From NCBI RefSeq assembly GCF_035084215.1, contig NC_090340.1:11656001-11720000 (forward strand): a DNA stretch of 64,000 nucleotides. Reading direction: 5' to 3'. This DNA is from Heptranchias perlo. Taxonomy: Eukaryota. Shown in pieces: positions 1-12,215 of the stretch. A program made the translations under genes and the position numbers. Below the pieces are notes generated by a model. It searched no databases and was not told the DNA's origin. It saw nothing but the letters and a program-made list of their open reading frames with translations. How positions within the stretch are numbered: the stretch's first letter is position 1; each line of letters begins with the position of its first letter.

Positions 1-134
1 CAATGTTGGCCAGGACACTGGGGGAGAACTTCCACTGCTGAGAATGTGCATCCACTTGAGCTGGCAGACGGGGGCCTCGGTTTTTAACATCTCATCTGAA
101 AGACCGAGCCTCCCAACAATGAACTCCCTCGGTA

Positions 135-505
135 AAAAGAAAGACTTGCATTTATATCGCGCATTTCATGACCTCAGACCATCCAATTAAGTAATTTTGA
201 AGTGGTCACAGCAAGCTCCCACAAACAGCAATGTGATAATGACCAAATAATCTGATTTTTTTTTTTAAAAGAGATGTTGGTTGAGTGATAAATATTGGCC
301 AGGACACCACCCCTGCCATTGGGATCTTTTACATCCACCTGAGAGGGCAGACAGGGTTTAATGTCTCATCCAAAAGACAGCACCTCCGACAGTGCAGCAC
401 TCCCTCAGTACTGCACTGAAGTGTCAGCCTGGATTTTGTGCTCACGTCTCTGGAGTGGGACTTGAATCCACAACCTCCTAATTCAGAGGCGAGAGTGCTA
501 ACAAT
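135..505 (-). mobile_element. DeuSINE-like SINE
   Basis: Reverse complement of the 5008-5458 family; another partial copy lies at 1-130. Confidence 0.78.
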
Positions 506-514
506 GGAACCAAG

Positions 515-800
515 ATGATCCTGTGTAACTGAGACATACAGAAGGACCCAGGCTCAATGCCCCAGTCTGTGAGCTTGAATGGCATCCACAATTTGCCACA
601 GTAGACCCCGGGATAGGGAAGGGAATAGTAAGCCTAATCACTACTCAGTCCTGTCTGCTGGAAAGTGCATGTGTGGACATTCAGCGAGGGCAGAATCAGG
701 CTCAGCTCTGATGACCCCATGCTGGAATAGTCTGCCGCTGCTCACTGTTCCGCCTCACACATGAAGATTGATCACTTGAGCGAGGTACTGGAGGGCAGCC
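515..800 (+). mobile_element. LF-SINE-like fragment
   Basis: CTGCTGGAAAGTGCATGTGTGGAC...CTCACACATGAAGA...CACTTGAGCGAGGTAC. Confidence 0.6.
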
Positions 801-1764
801 CATTGCATTGCACCTCAAAAGGAAGAAATTTAGCTGAAACCATGTTTCCAAACATTCCTTCTCAACTGCGTATCTTCCGATAAGCCATATCAAAAGGCTT
901 GTGGATCAATGTCAGACTTCTAAATTAAAATTGTGTGAATTTTATGCCATTCAGGGTGAGGGATGTCAATGCTGCACAATGTAACTTCTCATTTTAATCA
1001 CCCATGTCAGCATCAAGCACTCCCAGGTTATGCACAGCACTGTTACATATAGAATAAAGCTCCCTTCACTCTGCCCCAGCAAAGTGCCTCAGTCCCAATC
1101 TCAGAACAGCGCCCCCTTTCGGCACCAGTTGTAAGACCTCGGAGTGAATTTGCTAATTTGCTAAACTAGGGGGCAGTACCGAGCTCTGGGCCCAGACTCA
1201 CCAGCAGCCGGATGAATACATTTCATAGAGTTACACGGAGAGAGAAGATTTTCTTTCCTTTTGTCGGGATTGGAACACAAACCAGGTCTTTGAGTTGAGA
1301 AAGAAAGAAAGACTTGCATTTCTATAGCGCCCTTCATGACCTCAGGATATCCCAAAGCGCTTTACAATAAAACAAAGTACTTTTGGAAGTGTAGTCATGG
1401 TTGGAATGTAAGAGAAGCCAGCTTTGTCTAACGACACCACACTGCCCTCAACCTCAGACTTAATGCCGTACCTAGATAATTATACTTTCATTTGTACAAA
1501 CAATGCTGGGAACTCCAAACGCTCTATACCGATTTTTAAAAGCGGTTTCCAGTCTTCTGTGATGTAATTTGCTGAATTCTCCCTCCCCCCTCCCTGGCCT
1601 GGAGATCCTAAGCTCAACTGTAGAATTCCTGCTCTTGCCTCAGGGATCAAACATGGACCGTCCTGTCTATGTGGTTCAGTTCAACGCCACGTGGAGCATT
1701 AACAGGGAAAGCTGACAGAATTTGCATCTTTTACGGCTCAATTCTTTTCTTCTTTGCATTGAAA

Positions 1765-2017
1765 GAACCAGAGGTGAGATGAGGAGAAATGTTTTTGTGC
1801 AGCAAGTTATTGTGATGTGGAATGCACTGCCTGAAAGGGCGGTGGAAGCAGATTCAATAATAAACTTTCAAAAGGGGTACTGGATAAATACTTGAAAAGA
1901 TTAAATTTGCAGGGCTGTGCGGAAAGAGCAGGAGAGTGGGACTAATTGGATAGCTCTTTCAAAGAGCTGGCACAGGCTGAGTGGCTTCCTTCTGTGCAGT
2001 ATTCTATGATTCTATGA
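1765..2017 (+). mobile_element. CR1 3' fragment
   Basis: Encodes WNALPERAVEA; ends in ATTCTATGATTCTATG. Confidence 0.8.
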
Positions 2018-3069
2018 AGGTTGATGAGGGAGGGTGGGATTGGATTGCAATCCTTTCCATAAGGGTCCTCCCAATAGCCCGGTAGGGAAGAGCACATCTA
2101 CTGCAGCTCTAAGCTATACAGACCAGCACGTTCCATGCTTGATCACTGGCTTGTTCTGACTATCCAATCTCAACAGTGGGCAGCGGCTACAATTGGACTG
2201 GGGGGAGGGGGCATTTTAACTCACTGAAATCGGTATTAATGTGGGTGGCGACGGCCTCAAAATGGGGTTGGGTAGTCTCACCGCCCCGGTATTGCCGAAC
2301 ACTCTGCCCGCTGCCAGTTTAACAAGGGCCTACCATTGAGCATCAGAAGCACCCGCCTGACCAGCCATTTTAGGACAGAACTGGTCGCAGCTCACGCCGT
2401 GCACTCTCTGACCAGTCCCACTGGCGATAGAGTTGAACAGGCCTCAGAAAACTAAGTTTAAAATTATTTTTGTGGGGCCCACAACAATAATCTGGGTCGC
2501 TGCTGTTCCGAGCTCCAACTCCCCTCTGCGATCGCTACTCCTCCCTCCCCTCCCCACCGCCCTGGACTTACTTTGCTGTCGGTCATATGGCGTTTGGGCA
2601 GCCTAAATCTCGCAGTTCTATTTAAGTGAGGCCCGGGCCTCAAAATGGCTCCAGGCTCTTCGCTGCCGGAACAGGCAGGATGCAAGTTCAAATCGACCCC
2701 CAGGGTCTGTGGGCCAGAGAGGGAAGAAAACTATCTCACTCTTAATCATATCCAGTGACTGGAAAAGGTGAGGGGGTCACTCATTGAGCATAGGATCAGG
2801 CTTCACTGCGATGCCCTCCTCAGTCGAACAGCCTGCCCAATATTGACTGTTCAGGCAAAACATATGAAGACTGGCCACCTGGGTAAGGTACCAGAAGGTG
2901 TGGAATTTGTACCCCAACATGAATCAGCATCTTTGGAAGAAGAAGGGAGGGAGAATCGGGGAAAATAATTATATAAAAGCAAGTGGTCAGTCTTTCTACA
3001 GAAGACACAATGCCTTCCACAGTGCAATGCTGCCCTATCGAGCAACAGGCAGTCATTGGACTTAAACCA

Positions 3070-3255
3070 GATTCGTGCCTTCAGCTGCCTAGGCCCTAAA
3101 CTCTGCAATTCCCCCCTAAACCTCTCTCTCCTCCTACAAGATGTTCCTTAAAACCTAACTCTTCAACCAAGCTTTTGGTCACCTGTCCTAATATCTCCTT
3201 ATGTGGCTCGGTGTCAAATTTTGTCTGATAACGCTCCTGTGAAGCACCTTGGGAG
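3070..3255 (+). mobile_element. L2-type LINE 3' end, interrupted (remaining pieces at ~3490-3505 and ~3988-4016)
   Basis: Co-linear with the 3' end of the copy at 20215-20672. Confidence 0.75.
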
Positions 3256-3490
3256 GTTTCCCTCAGAGGGTGGTGAACCTCTACCAGAGAAGGCAGTGGA
3301 GGCCAAGTCATTAGATGTATTCAAGAAGGAGACTGATATATTTCTTAATGCTAAAGAGATCAAGGGATATGGGGAAAAAGCAGGAACAGGGTACTGAGTT
3401 AGACGATCAGCCATGATCGTTTTGAATGGTGGAGCAGGCCCAAAGGGCCGAATGGCCTACTCTTGCTCCTATTTTCTATGTTTCTATGTT
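3256..3490 (+). mobile_element. CR1 3' fragment nested in an L2-like tail
   Basis: LPEKAVEAKSLDVFKKE; ends in TTTCTATGTTTCTATG. Confidence 0.82.
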
Positions 3491-3504
3491 TTACTACGTT
3501 AAAG

Positions 3505-3987
3505 GCCTTGGAGAGGGTGCAGAAAAGATTTACTAGAATGGTTTCGGGGATGAGGGACTTCAGTTACGTGGATAGACTGAAGAAGCTGGGATTGTTCTCC
3601 TTGGAGCAGAGAAGGCTAAGAGGAGATTTGATGGAAGTGTTCAAAATCATAAAGTAAATAAAGAGAAACTAATACCAATGGCGGAAGGGTCAAGAACCAG
3701 AGGACACAGATTTAAGGTGGCTGGCAAAAGAACCAAAGGCAACATGTGGAAAAACTTTTTTATGCAGCGAGTGGTTATATCTGGAATGCACTGCCTGAAA
3801 GGGTAGTGGAAACACATTCAATCTTAGCTTTCAAAAAGGAATTGGATAAATATTTGTAGGGAAAATATTTGTTAGGCTTTGGGGAAAAAGCAGAGGAATG
3901 GGACGAACTGGGTTGCTCTTATAAAGAGCCAACACGGGCTCGATGGCTTGCCTCCTTCTGTGCTGTAATGATTCTATGATTCTATGA
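3505..3987 (+). mobile_element. CR1 3' fragment nested in the same L2-like tail
   Basis: LERVQKRFTRM...LEQRRLRGD; ATTCTATG tail. Confidence 0.85.
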
Positions 3988-5007
3988 AAAATGCCATATA
4001 AATGCAAGTTGTTGTTAAGAAAGAAATATTACAATGCAGAAAATGTACAAAGTATCATTATATTATCTAAAACACTATATGGAAATTAAAATGATAGTCA
4101 GGAGATAACTTTTTTTTAAAGATATATTCTCAGCTGTGGTATCAGTTAACACCAAACTTATGGTAATCATTAATGAATGACAGTCCGTCTTCCACATCTG
4201 AGATTCTGTGGGGGAGAGTTTATGTGGGGGTCTCCCGGTGTAACTTCAGCAGAGGATCGATGGAGCCACTGGAAAACTTGCATAAACAGCAGTTTTTAGC
4301 CATTTCTCTGGAAGTTCATCCGGTCTCCTGCTGAAGTTATAAAGAAAGAAAGAACTTGCATTTATATAGCGCCTTTCACGACCTCGGGACGTCCTAAGAG
4401 TTTCAAAGCCAATGAAGCACTTTTAAAGTGTAGTCACTGTTGTAATGCACGAAACACAGCAGCCAATTTGTGCAGTAGACCGAGACAACCCCCCCACCCC
4501 CACCTCACAGAAATTTCAAGCACCGATTTAGTGTATCAATTAAAGCTGCTGAATCTCCTCATACACAGCTGTAAACAGCTGGCTGACTGCACACTGCTGT
4601 GATGTGATTTGTTATTACTGGCAAGAAAATCTTTCTGAATTGAACTGTGCTGATGAGGAGTCAAAAGGACTTATATTCACACTGAAAAAAAAAATCACTG
4701 GTTGGTGTGTCATATTAAATTAAACAAAACATGGTTAGCTCCAGTTAGTAGTAGAGAGCAGATTCAAGTATAATGAGTACACTCTTTATTTTTGGCAACA
4801 AGTAAATGGGGTTTACTGAGTGTACCCACTTTTCATATCTGGAGCTAAGGTATGAATGAGGTTTAAAGATTGTGGGGCCAATAGTCTGATACAATTCGTC
4901 TGAGGTGTAAAGGGCCCTGGGAGCCAATAAACAAGATGGCCCCTGAAAAATATTATTTCGGGGGGCCGGCCCCCAAATACCTCTGGCTGGAATACCTCAA
5001 CCAGTGT

Positions 5008-5458
5008 CAGCTGTGGCTCAGTGGTAGGGCTCTCGCCTCTGAGTCAGAAAGTCGTGGGTTCAAGTCCCACTCTAGAGTCTTGAACACATAATCCAGGCTG
5101 ACACTCCAGTGCAGTACTAAGGGAGTGCTGCACTATGGGAGGTGCTGTCTTTTGAATGAGACGTTAAACCAAGGACCCATCTGCACTCTCAGGTGAACAT
5201 AAGAGACCCCATGGCATTATTCGAATTAGAGCAGGGGAGTTCTCTCTGGTTAATATTTATCCCTCAACCAACATCACTAAAAGCAGATGATCTGGTCATT
5301 TATCTCATTGCTGTGGGACCTTGCTGTGTGCAAATTGGTTGCTGTGTTTCCTATATTACAATAGTGACTACACTTCAAAAGTACTCCATTGGCTACAAAG
5401 TGCTTTGGGATGTCCTGAGGTTGTGAAAGGCGCTTTATAAGTACAAGTTCTTTCTTCT
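5008..5458 (+). mobile_element. tRNA-derived SINE, DeuSINE/SacSINE1-like, full length
   Basis: A-box TGGCTCAGTGG, B-box GGTTCAAGTCC, conserved core and TTCT tail. About ten related pieces lie in the window. Confidence 0.8.
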
Positions 5459-6419
5459 TTTCCTTCTTTTATCATCGTACAGGTAACCACATTAACTCCT
5501 GATAATTGATTAGGTTATTTTACTCAGTATTGATGTGAGATTATGGGCGTGCATTTATGAGGGGGCTGTTAGAAGTTTTTTGAAATTATGAAAGGTTTCG
5601 CTAGTGAACAGGGAAGACCATTTCTTCCGGTTGGGGAGTCAGTGATGAGGCATTATCAATTTAAAATTGTCACTAAGAGAGTGAGGATAAAGGTTAGCAG
5701 AAATTCTTTTCGCAGAGGGTTGTTGGAACAGGGAAATCTTTGCCAAAGGGAGTGTTTGAGTCAGAGACCATTGCACCTTTTAAGGGAAAAATGGAAAAAT
5801 ATTTGAAGGGAACTTCAGAGGTCAACTTTCAGCCTTATTTTTCTTCTGATTAATTTAGGTCACACTTGTTTACACAGTGCTTGCTGATCCTGAGTATGTA
5901 TTTATCCTGAACGATCGGCATTATGCCTTTAAAGGGTCACACTTGCCCTCTGGAGAGGTGGTGTTGAAAAACCCCTCCCCCAATCAATTTGTTTACGCTG
6001 TTCCCCTTAATTTCTTGATGACAGCTTTTTAAAAATGATATAGACTTGGTTCCTGATCTTCGGTATTTCTATCACATCAATTTTGATCATTCTGTGCTAG
6101 CCATCCCACAAGAGGGCCACAACTCCTGCATGTTTTCTGGGTCAATTAGCATTACTAAGTCAAGATGTGCACTGTCTCTTGTGGCTTCCCTGACGCACTG
6201 GGCCATGAAGCAATCATGCATTACATTTAACAATTCAGACTCAACCACTTGGGTATTTCCCAACTCCTACTTGGCTGATTTAAGCCCCATTAAATTAACC
6301 TTCCTGATTTCACAGATCCTTTTTATCTCTTCACAGAGCAAACTCGTTCTCTGTAGCATAACCCTCGTGTTAGCTGTGCTTTTATACACAAAACTAGGGT
6401 AGCTTGTTGTGTAGCTTTT

Positions 6420-6682
6420 TGGTGGGGGAGTCCAGAACAAGGGGGTACTTCTTTCACAAAAGGTGGTGGAAATCTGGAACTCTCTCCACCAAAAAGCCGT
6501 TGAGGCTGGGGGTCAACTGAAAATTTCAAAACTGAGATTGATAGATTTTTTATTAGGCATAGGTATTAAGAGTAATGGAACCAAAGCGGGTAGATGGAGT
6601 TAAGATGCAGATCAGCCATGATTTAATGGATTGGCAGAACAGGCTGGAGGGGATGAATGGCCTACTCCTGTGCCTGTGTTCC
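6420..6682 (+). mobile_element. CR1 3' fragment
   Basis: IWNSL motif and the GATCAGCCATGAT...GAATGGCCTACTCCTG 3' UTR. Confidence 0.8.
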
Positions 6683-7894
6683 ACCTCCCATAGCATCAAC
6701 TTCTTTAACATCCCACATATCCCCAACATATAAGGTTACAACATCTCCTTTCCTATTGAATCTATCTATCCTGGACATGTTATGACCCTGTATGTTGTAA
6801 TCGTTATCATGCTTTGGTGTCAGTCACATTGCTGATATTCCACCTAGACTGTAATTCTCTAATGCCACAACTGTTCAAGGATCTTATCCTAATTGTTCTA
6901 GTGCCCATGCTCACATGGATATTAAAAATCCTTCTCGATGAGTGTAGGGATGTGCCAAATAGATGACCAGGAATTTTGAGCTGGCTGCTCATCCTTGGCT
7001 TGTGATGGCCCAGAACGTCATCAGCAGTAGCTTGGGAAAGACTGGGGCAGGAGGGAAAGGAGGAGGAAAGAAAGTGCCCCTACTTTGTAAAATAAATCAA
7101 AAAACAATCAAAATCAGCTTCTAAGGTACTGAACAAAGTGATAAACCCAAGGGGACACTAGAAATAACCCTTACAACCCCAAACACCATTTTAAATGTGT
7201 GAGAAAAAGTACCAGAGGGTGTAGGAAACAGATTACATAGAATGTACAGCACAGAACAGGCCATTTGGCCCATCCAGTCTATGCTGGTATTTATGCTCCA
7301 CACAAGCCTCCTCCTACCCCTATTTACTTCATCGCACACTATCGACATATCCACACTGAAATACAATAAATAAGGGGGGAGGGGGGGCATACATAAATAC
7401 CAAGCAAAATGTAATTTTCATAAATTCTTATTTGATATTCTTATAGCTCATATTTGGATTATTTCAACACTTTGACAATCGCTTAGACCTGAGTATTTAT
7501 TTTTGTTTGGGCAGGATGGGCAGAGTCAGAATTCACTTTCAATGAGTTTCACTGGGTACAGTATGAAAACATTGAACTTTCAGCATATAAAGCCTATTGG
7601 TGAAACATCACCTGTGCGTTTAAAAGATAAGCCTCGTTAAACATCGTGCTCCATGGATAGAACAAGGTATGTCAGAGCTTTATCGGTGCTGATGTATTTC
7701 AGAGATTTGTTTTAGGATATCACAGGTGCCATCCATTCTGTTCCATCTGTATCCAATTTATACAGCAGTTACTCAACTAATTGCAGCAGCTGGCCTGAAG
7801 TTGTTAAAATAAAATAATTTTTTCTACTGATTTATTTAAAAATTTGTCAAATCTAACAATTGAAAAGAAGTTACGATTTGAGTGGAATTGACCT

Positions 7895-8280
7895 TCCTGC
7901 GATGGCCTAGTGGGGTACAGTCACTGCCTGGTTTTGCAACAAATCCATCCAGACCGGAAGGTCCCAGGGTTGTCCCCTGGTCTCCGCTGAGTTAGCTGAC
8001 CATAGGCAAGACCAGTTGGGGTGCTAGAGTTGATCTCGGCAGCCCAACACTGGGCAGGGGTGGCAGCAAATCAGCCAGGGTTTTGTCTTCTGATTCCTAT
8101 GCGCACATGTCCGGCATGAGAATAGGATCAGGTTTAGCTACGACACCTTCCATAGTTGAATAAACTGACAGCACTCGATGTCTAGGCTAACGTGGTCTCT
8201 TGGGCAAGATACTGGATGGCGCCAAGCTTTCATGGAACTGTACCCCAGCAACACACAGGAGAAGACAGGAGAAAATTTGG
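7895..8280 (+). mobile_element. LF-SINE-like ancient SINE (representative copy)
   Basis: GCTGAGTTAGCTGA, AAATCAGCCAGGGTT, GGATCAGG, GTCTAGGCT and GGAACTGTACCCCAGCA blocks occur in the order recalled for the LF-SINE consensus. Confidence 0.6.
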
Positions 8281-9334
8281 GGGACAAAGTGATCAAAGTG
8301 GACTCTCAAAATATAGGTCACAGATCAATTTTACACGCAACCAAAACAATAGGGCGCGCAAGTGTGGGAAACATGTGAAAGATCCCTTAAGGTTCCAGTG
8401 CACAGAGCAGGCTGATGAAAGGGTTCCCCAAACTTGCTGATTGGTAACAAACTACAAGCAGCAGCAGTTCACAATATGAGACCCCATTAAAGCTTTGAAT
8501 CAAACATTCAGATAGCTGTTCATCAAGTTTGTCCTTGATCATCCTGCACAATCTGGCTCGGTGCCAGTGGTTACTAATCTGTTCATTTATACATAGTTCA
8601 TCACAGGCCCCAGCACCATAAATCATTCATCTGCCTTCCACTTTAATTAACATCTGCCGACACCCAGTGTACAGGCAAGTGTACAATCCAGTTTGAAGAA
8701 CATTGGGATATAGTATATGAATAATTTGAGACATGACATATGGTAAGTGGAGCATGATTGGAAGGAACAGGTGATTTTGGACCTATGTTTCCCAAAGTTC
8801 TCCACTACTGGGGTTTTCCTTGCCTCATGTCTGGGTCTGTTGTAGAATCATTAATCATAGCAATCAATCTCTATCAGTCAACAATTCCATTCTCGTTGTA
8901 TCGTGCGACTACCAGGATGGTAGAAGGCGAACTAGATGGACTGTGGTCTTTTTTTGACTAGCAAATCCTATGTTCCTAAGTGGATCACTGCAAACTCCCC
9001 AGCGGCTCAGTGAATAAATGCAAAACCTAGTGTACTTCTGAGCTGTGTAGTGCGGCAACATCTCAGGTTTGGTCAATATCGAGTTAGCTGAGTTCAGCCG
9101 CATGGCAATGAAGACAGTGCAATTGGCCAACATATTGCCAGACTAGGAATGGCCTGACAATACTCACTGTCTAGACTCAGGGACAAACAACGGCTACCTG
9201 GGTGAGGTGTTGAGGAGTTGCTTGTGCCAGTCAAACAGCACCCCAGCAGAAGCCAGCATCTTCTGGAGAAAAAGGGACAAAAAGATGGACTTTCAAATGT
9301 TGGGGCAGAAGGGGTATATGAAAGAGAGAGAGAG

Positions 9335-9492
9335 GGGGTAACTTTAACCCAACCTGCCCAGCGGGAAACTGACAGGATCGGGTCGAATGCTGTTTTTACA
9401 CCCAGCCCGATTTTATTCTCAGTTGACTTCAACGGGCGGGCGATCTGACACTGTTAGTTTCCCACTAGGCTGGTTAGGTTAAAATTAAAACC
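9335..9492. mobile_element. Palindromic MITE-like element
   Basis: TTTAACCCAACCTGCCCAGCGGGAAACTGACA is inverted relative to TGTTAGTTTCCCACTAGGCTGGTTAGGTTAAA. Confidence 0.65.
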
Positions 9493-9889
9493 AAAGAGAG
9501 AGAAAAAAAACAGGGGAAAAAAATGCTCTGCATTCTTCATAAACAGCATCGTTGGAGGACTTGAGTTAGATTTGCAGTTTGACACAACACACGACAATTT
9601 CAAATGAGCGGCCTATCGAAACTACATCAGGAATTTCTGCTTTCCAAGCCAAAGATTCTTGACGACAGTACCACTTTACAGATTCCATACCATTGGTAAC
9701 AGACCTGGTGTGTTTAATACTGTACAGGGTCTGTGAAGGAAGCTGAATAGGTTTTTCTTTTCTTTTTCTACAAAGGAAGCTGTGAAAAAGCTTACCTAAG
9801 CTATACTAACAAAATGCCTCAGTGCCCCCTGACATCATCAATAAATATACCTGCCAAATTTCCCACAAGCAAGTACTGGAGGGCCCTAC

Positions 9890-10071
9890 CTTGTGTGTCA
9901 GTGTCACCAGGAAAGGGTCGATTAGAGTCTTAATAGTCTTTTGGTCGCTCGGTGCTGAAGGCAGCATTTTATATCACTCGATGTGCTACAGATTTACAAC
10001 TTCTACCACAATGACTGGTGAGACAACAGCTCAATCAGTGAACAGTAAATCCTTCCTTTCTGTAGATATCT
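9890..10071 (-). other. Candidate spliced exon of an unidentified transcript (possible ATG at 9967: MLPSAPSDQKTIKTLIDPFLVTLTHK)
   Basis: Acceptor TTTTCCACAG and donor AAG|GTAGGG in unique sequence. All three frames contain stops, so it could only be UTR plus start, or non-coding. Confidence 0.3.
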
Positions 10072-10515
10072 CTGTGGAAAATGTCAAATTAAAACACACC
10101 CACAAATAATAAAAGTCTGGCCTAATTTTCTTCACCACTGCAGAATGGTCGGAAGGGTTGGATGACTGAAGATTCCAATAACACAGGAGGATTTTCAGAT
10201 ATTATACAAGTATTTATATTTGGCCTGATGCTATGAGAAGACATCACGGAGGTAGGCACTTGGACCTCAGAGAGTAGCTCTCAGTCAAAGGCCCACAACC
10301 TCTTCCCCCCACTCTCCGCTTTTTTTTATTTACCAGAATGATACCAGTCCCTATTGTGCCTGATGGGGACAATCCAGGGGGACGATGCCTATGTTTTCTG
10401 CTGCCTGCAACAACTGCCCTCAAAGGCCTCTTGAAAAATGGAGTGCCAGGCACCATTGGAGGCAATGGGTTTGTAGGGTCACAGGGATGCTGGCAATGCA
10501 CGCACACATTTGATG

Positions 10516-10890
10516 TAGGGTTGCCAACCCTCCAGGATTGTCCTGGAGCCTCCAGGAATAAAAGACTAATCTCCAGGACATTGCTGCGAGCAACTCAAGA
10601 GAACAATTATAGGAGCATTTAAAAATTGTGTTTTAAAAAAAAATTATTTTGTTTACTAGTTATAAAAATATTGGACATGGATGAAAAGGCAGTTGGATTG
10701 ATAGTCATGAAATCATCCAATCGGGTAATGACGTGTTTATTCACTATTCAATTGGCATGGGAAGGCAGTTCATCGCGAGGATGGACATGTCGGATGACCA
10801 ATGGCAGGAGTATGTGGGCGGGGCGGATAACGGCAGGAGGTCATGTGATGACACCTCCAGGAATATGTCCAACCAGAGATGGCAACCCTA
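10516..10890. mobile_element. Non-autonomous hAT-like DNA transposon (MITE)
   Basis: 11-bp TIRs TAGGGTTGCCA/TGGCAACCCTA; 8-bp TSD ATTTGATG / ATTTGAAG (7 of 8 match). Confidence 0.85.
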
Positions 10891-11979
10891 ATTTGAAGGT
10901 GAGTTGCTCCTGACATCTGCTGTCCCCCTAACTATGACTCAAACCTGTGCTTCTTAGTTGTCTATTGACCAACTCTTACAGGAGGGGCAAGCGGGATCTC
11001 TTTGGGATTAAGCTGGCTCCAATAGGACACAGCTGACAACAGGAGATTGGAAACAATCCAACCCTCTGTGCAAGATCGGATTCATGAGCCAGTCAGGTCC
11101 ACAGTATTCCAGGCCACTGTTTAGGATTGACCAGCCAGCCTCACTCATTCGTGGGATCTGGAAGTATGGACCGGTCACTGAGGATTGGTATTCTTCCCAC
11201 TTGGATCCAGATAACTCTGCAAGCCAGTGGTCTAATGGGTAAGGTGGACCTACCTGGATAAGCAGCGGGCAGCTTGCTCATGCTGTGTGCTGGGAAGTTG
11301 TGCAATTTTAGTTGGATAAACACCAGCAGTACCCCAATACAAACTTGAGGGTTCCTAAGCCCTGGTTCCTGCCAACCTAATGCAAGCTCTCTGGACTTTG
11401 GTAAGTGGGGTGTATCCTTACAGGGAGACAGTGTGCCTTCCATCATGGACAAATAGAAGCTCTACTTACGTGGATTTTTGATAGCTTGGTTTGGAGATTG
11501 TAAAAGATGATGATGGACTGCTGCTCGGCTGTGATACCCCTACAGTTCAATAGCAGCTCAAACATGAAGACCACTTGGGTGAAGCTCTGGAGAGCTGGAT
11601 GAGTCACCCTCTTCAGGAGAGGAGGGACAGGAAGTCACACCGTTACCTGCTACACCAGACTTTTCCTTTAGCTGGCACCACTGGTCTGGACTGCAAGTTA
11701 TTCCAGGGTTACTGGCAACAGCAGTCACTTAACAACTGGTGCCACAGTTCTACACAGCAGCGTGATCTCCACAGCTTCTCTCCCCCACCCAGCCAATAAG
11801 CAGTACATTACCCTCTGGATTGGTGGGTCCATTCGATGCTACGTCCAACACTTCCCATGTCCTCTCCTAAAGGCAAGAACTGGCAAGCTATGTGCCTTTC
11901 CAAAAGGCTGCCCAGTGCAATCCCTACGTCGATGCCACAGTCTCGGAGGCATTGGTTTGTGCCAGCACAGGGTTACTAC

Positions 11980-12215
11980 CAGGGTTGCTAACCCTGCGGG
12001 ATTGCCCTGCAGTCTCCAGGAATTAAATATTAATCTCCTGGGCACGTCTGCGAGCAACTTGGGAGAAAAAAATCATAAGGGCACTAAAAAAAAAACCTTC
12101 TTTTCATTTGCTTTGAACATTTTTGTTAATTAGTTATAAAAATACCGGAGATGGGAAAAAAAAGGCTGTGTTTGACTGGACGGAACGGTTGGAGGTGAAG
12201 AAACCTCCAGGAAAA
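11980..12215. mobile_element. Partial copy of the hAT-like MITE (left end)
   Basis: AGGGTTGCTAACCCT...CTCCAGGAATTAA..TTAATCTCC. Confidence 0.7.

Noticed and set aside
5012-5075. tRNA gene
   Set aside because: The A and B boxes belong to a SINE head followed by the SINE body; the same applies at 45490 and 32440.
6807-7100. Minus-strand exon continuing the 9890 candidate
   Set aside because: The phase-0 frame after the pyrimidine tract hits a stop within a few codons and no good donor follows.
8412-8440. CTGATGA hammerhead-like core
   Set aside because: No GAAA at the right spacing and no closing stem I.
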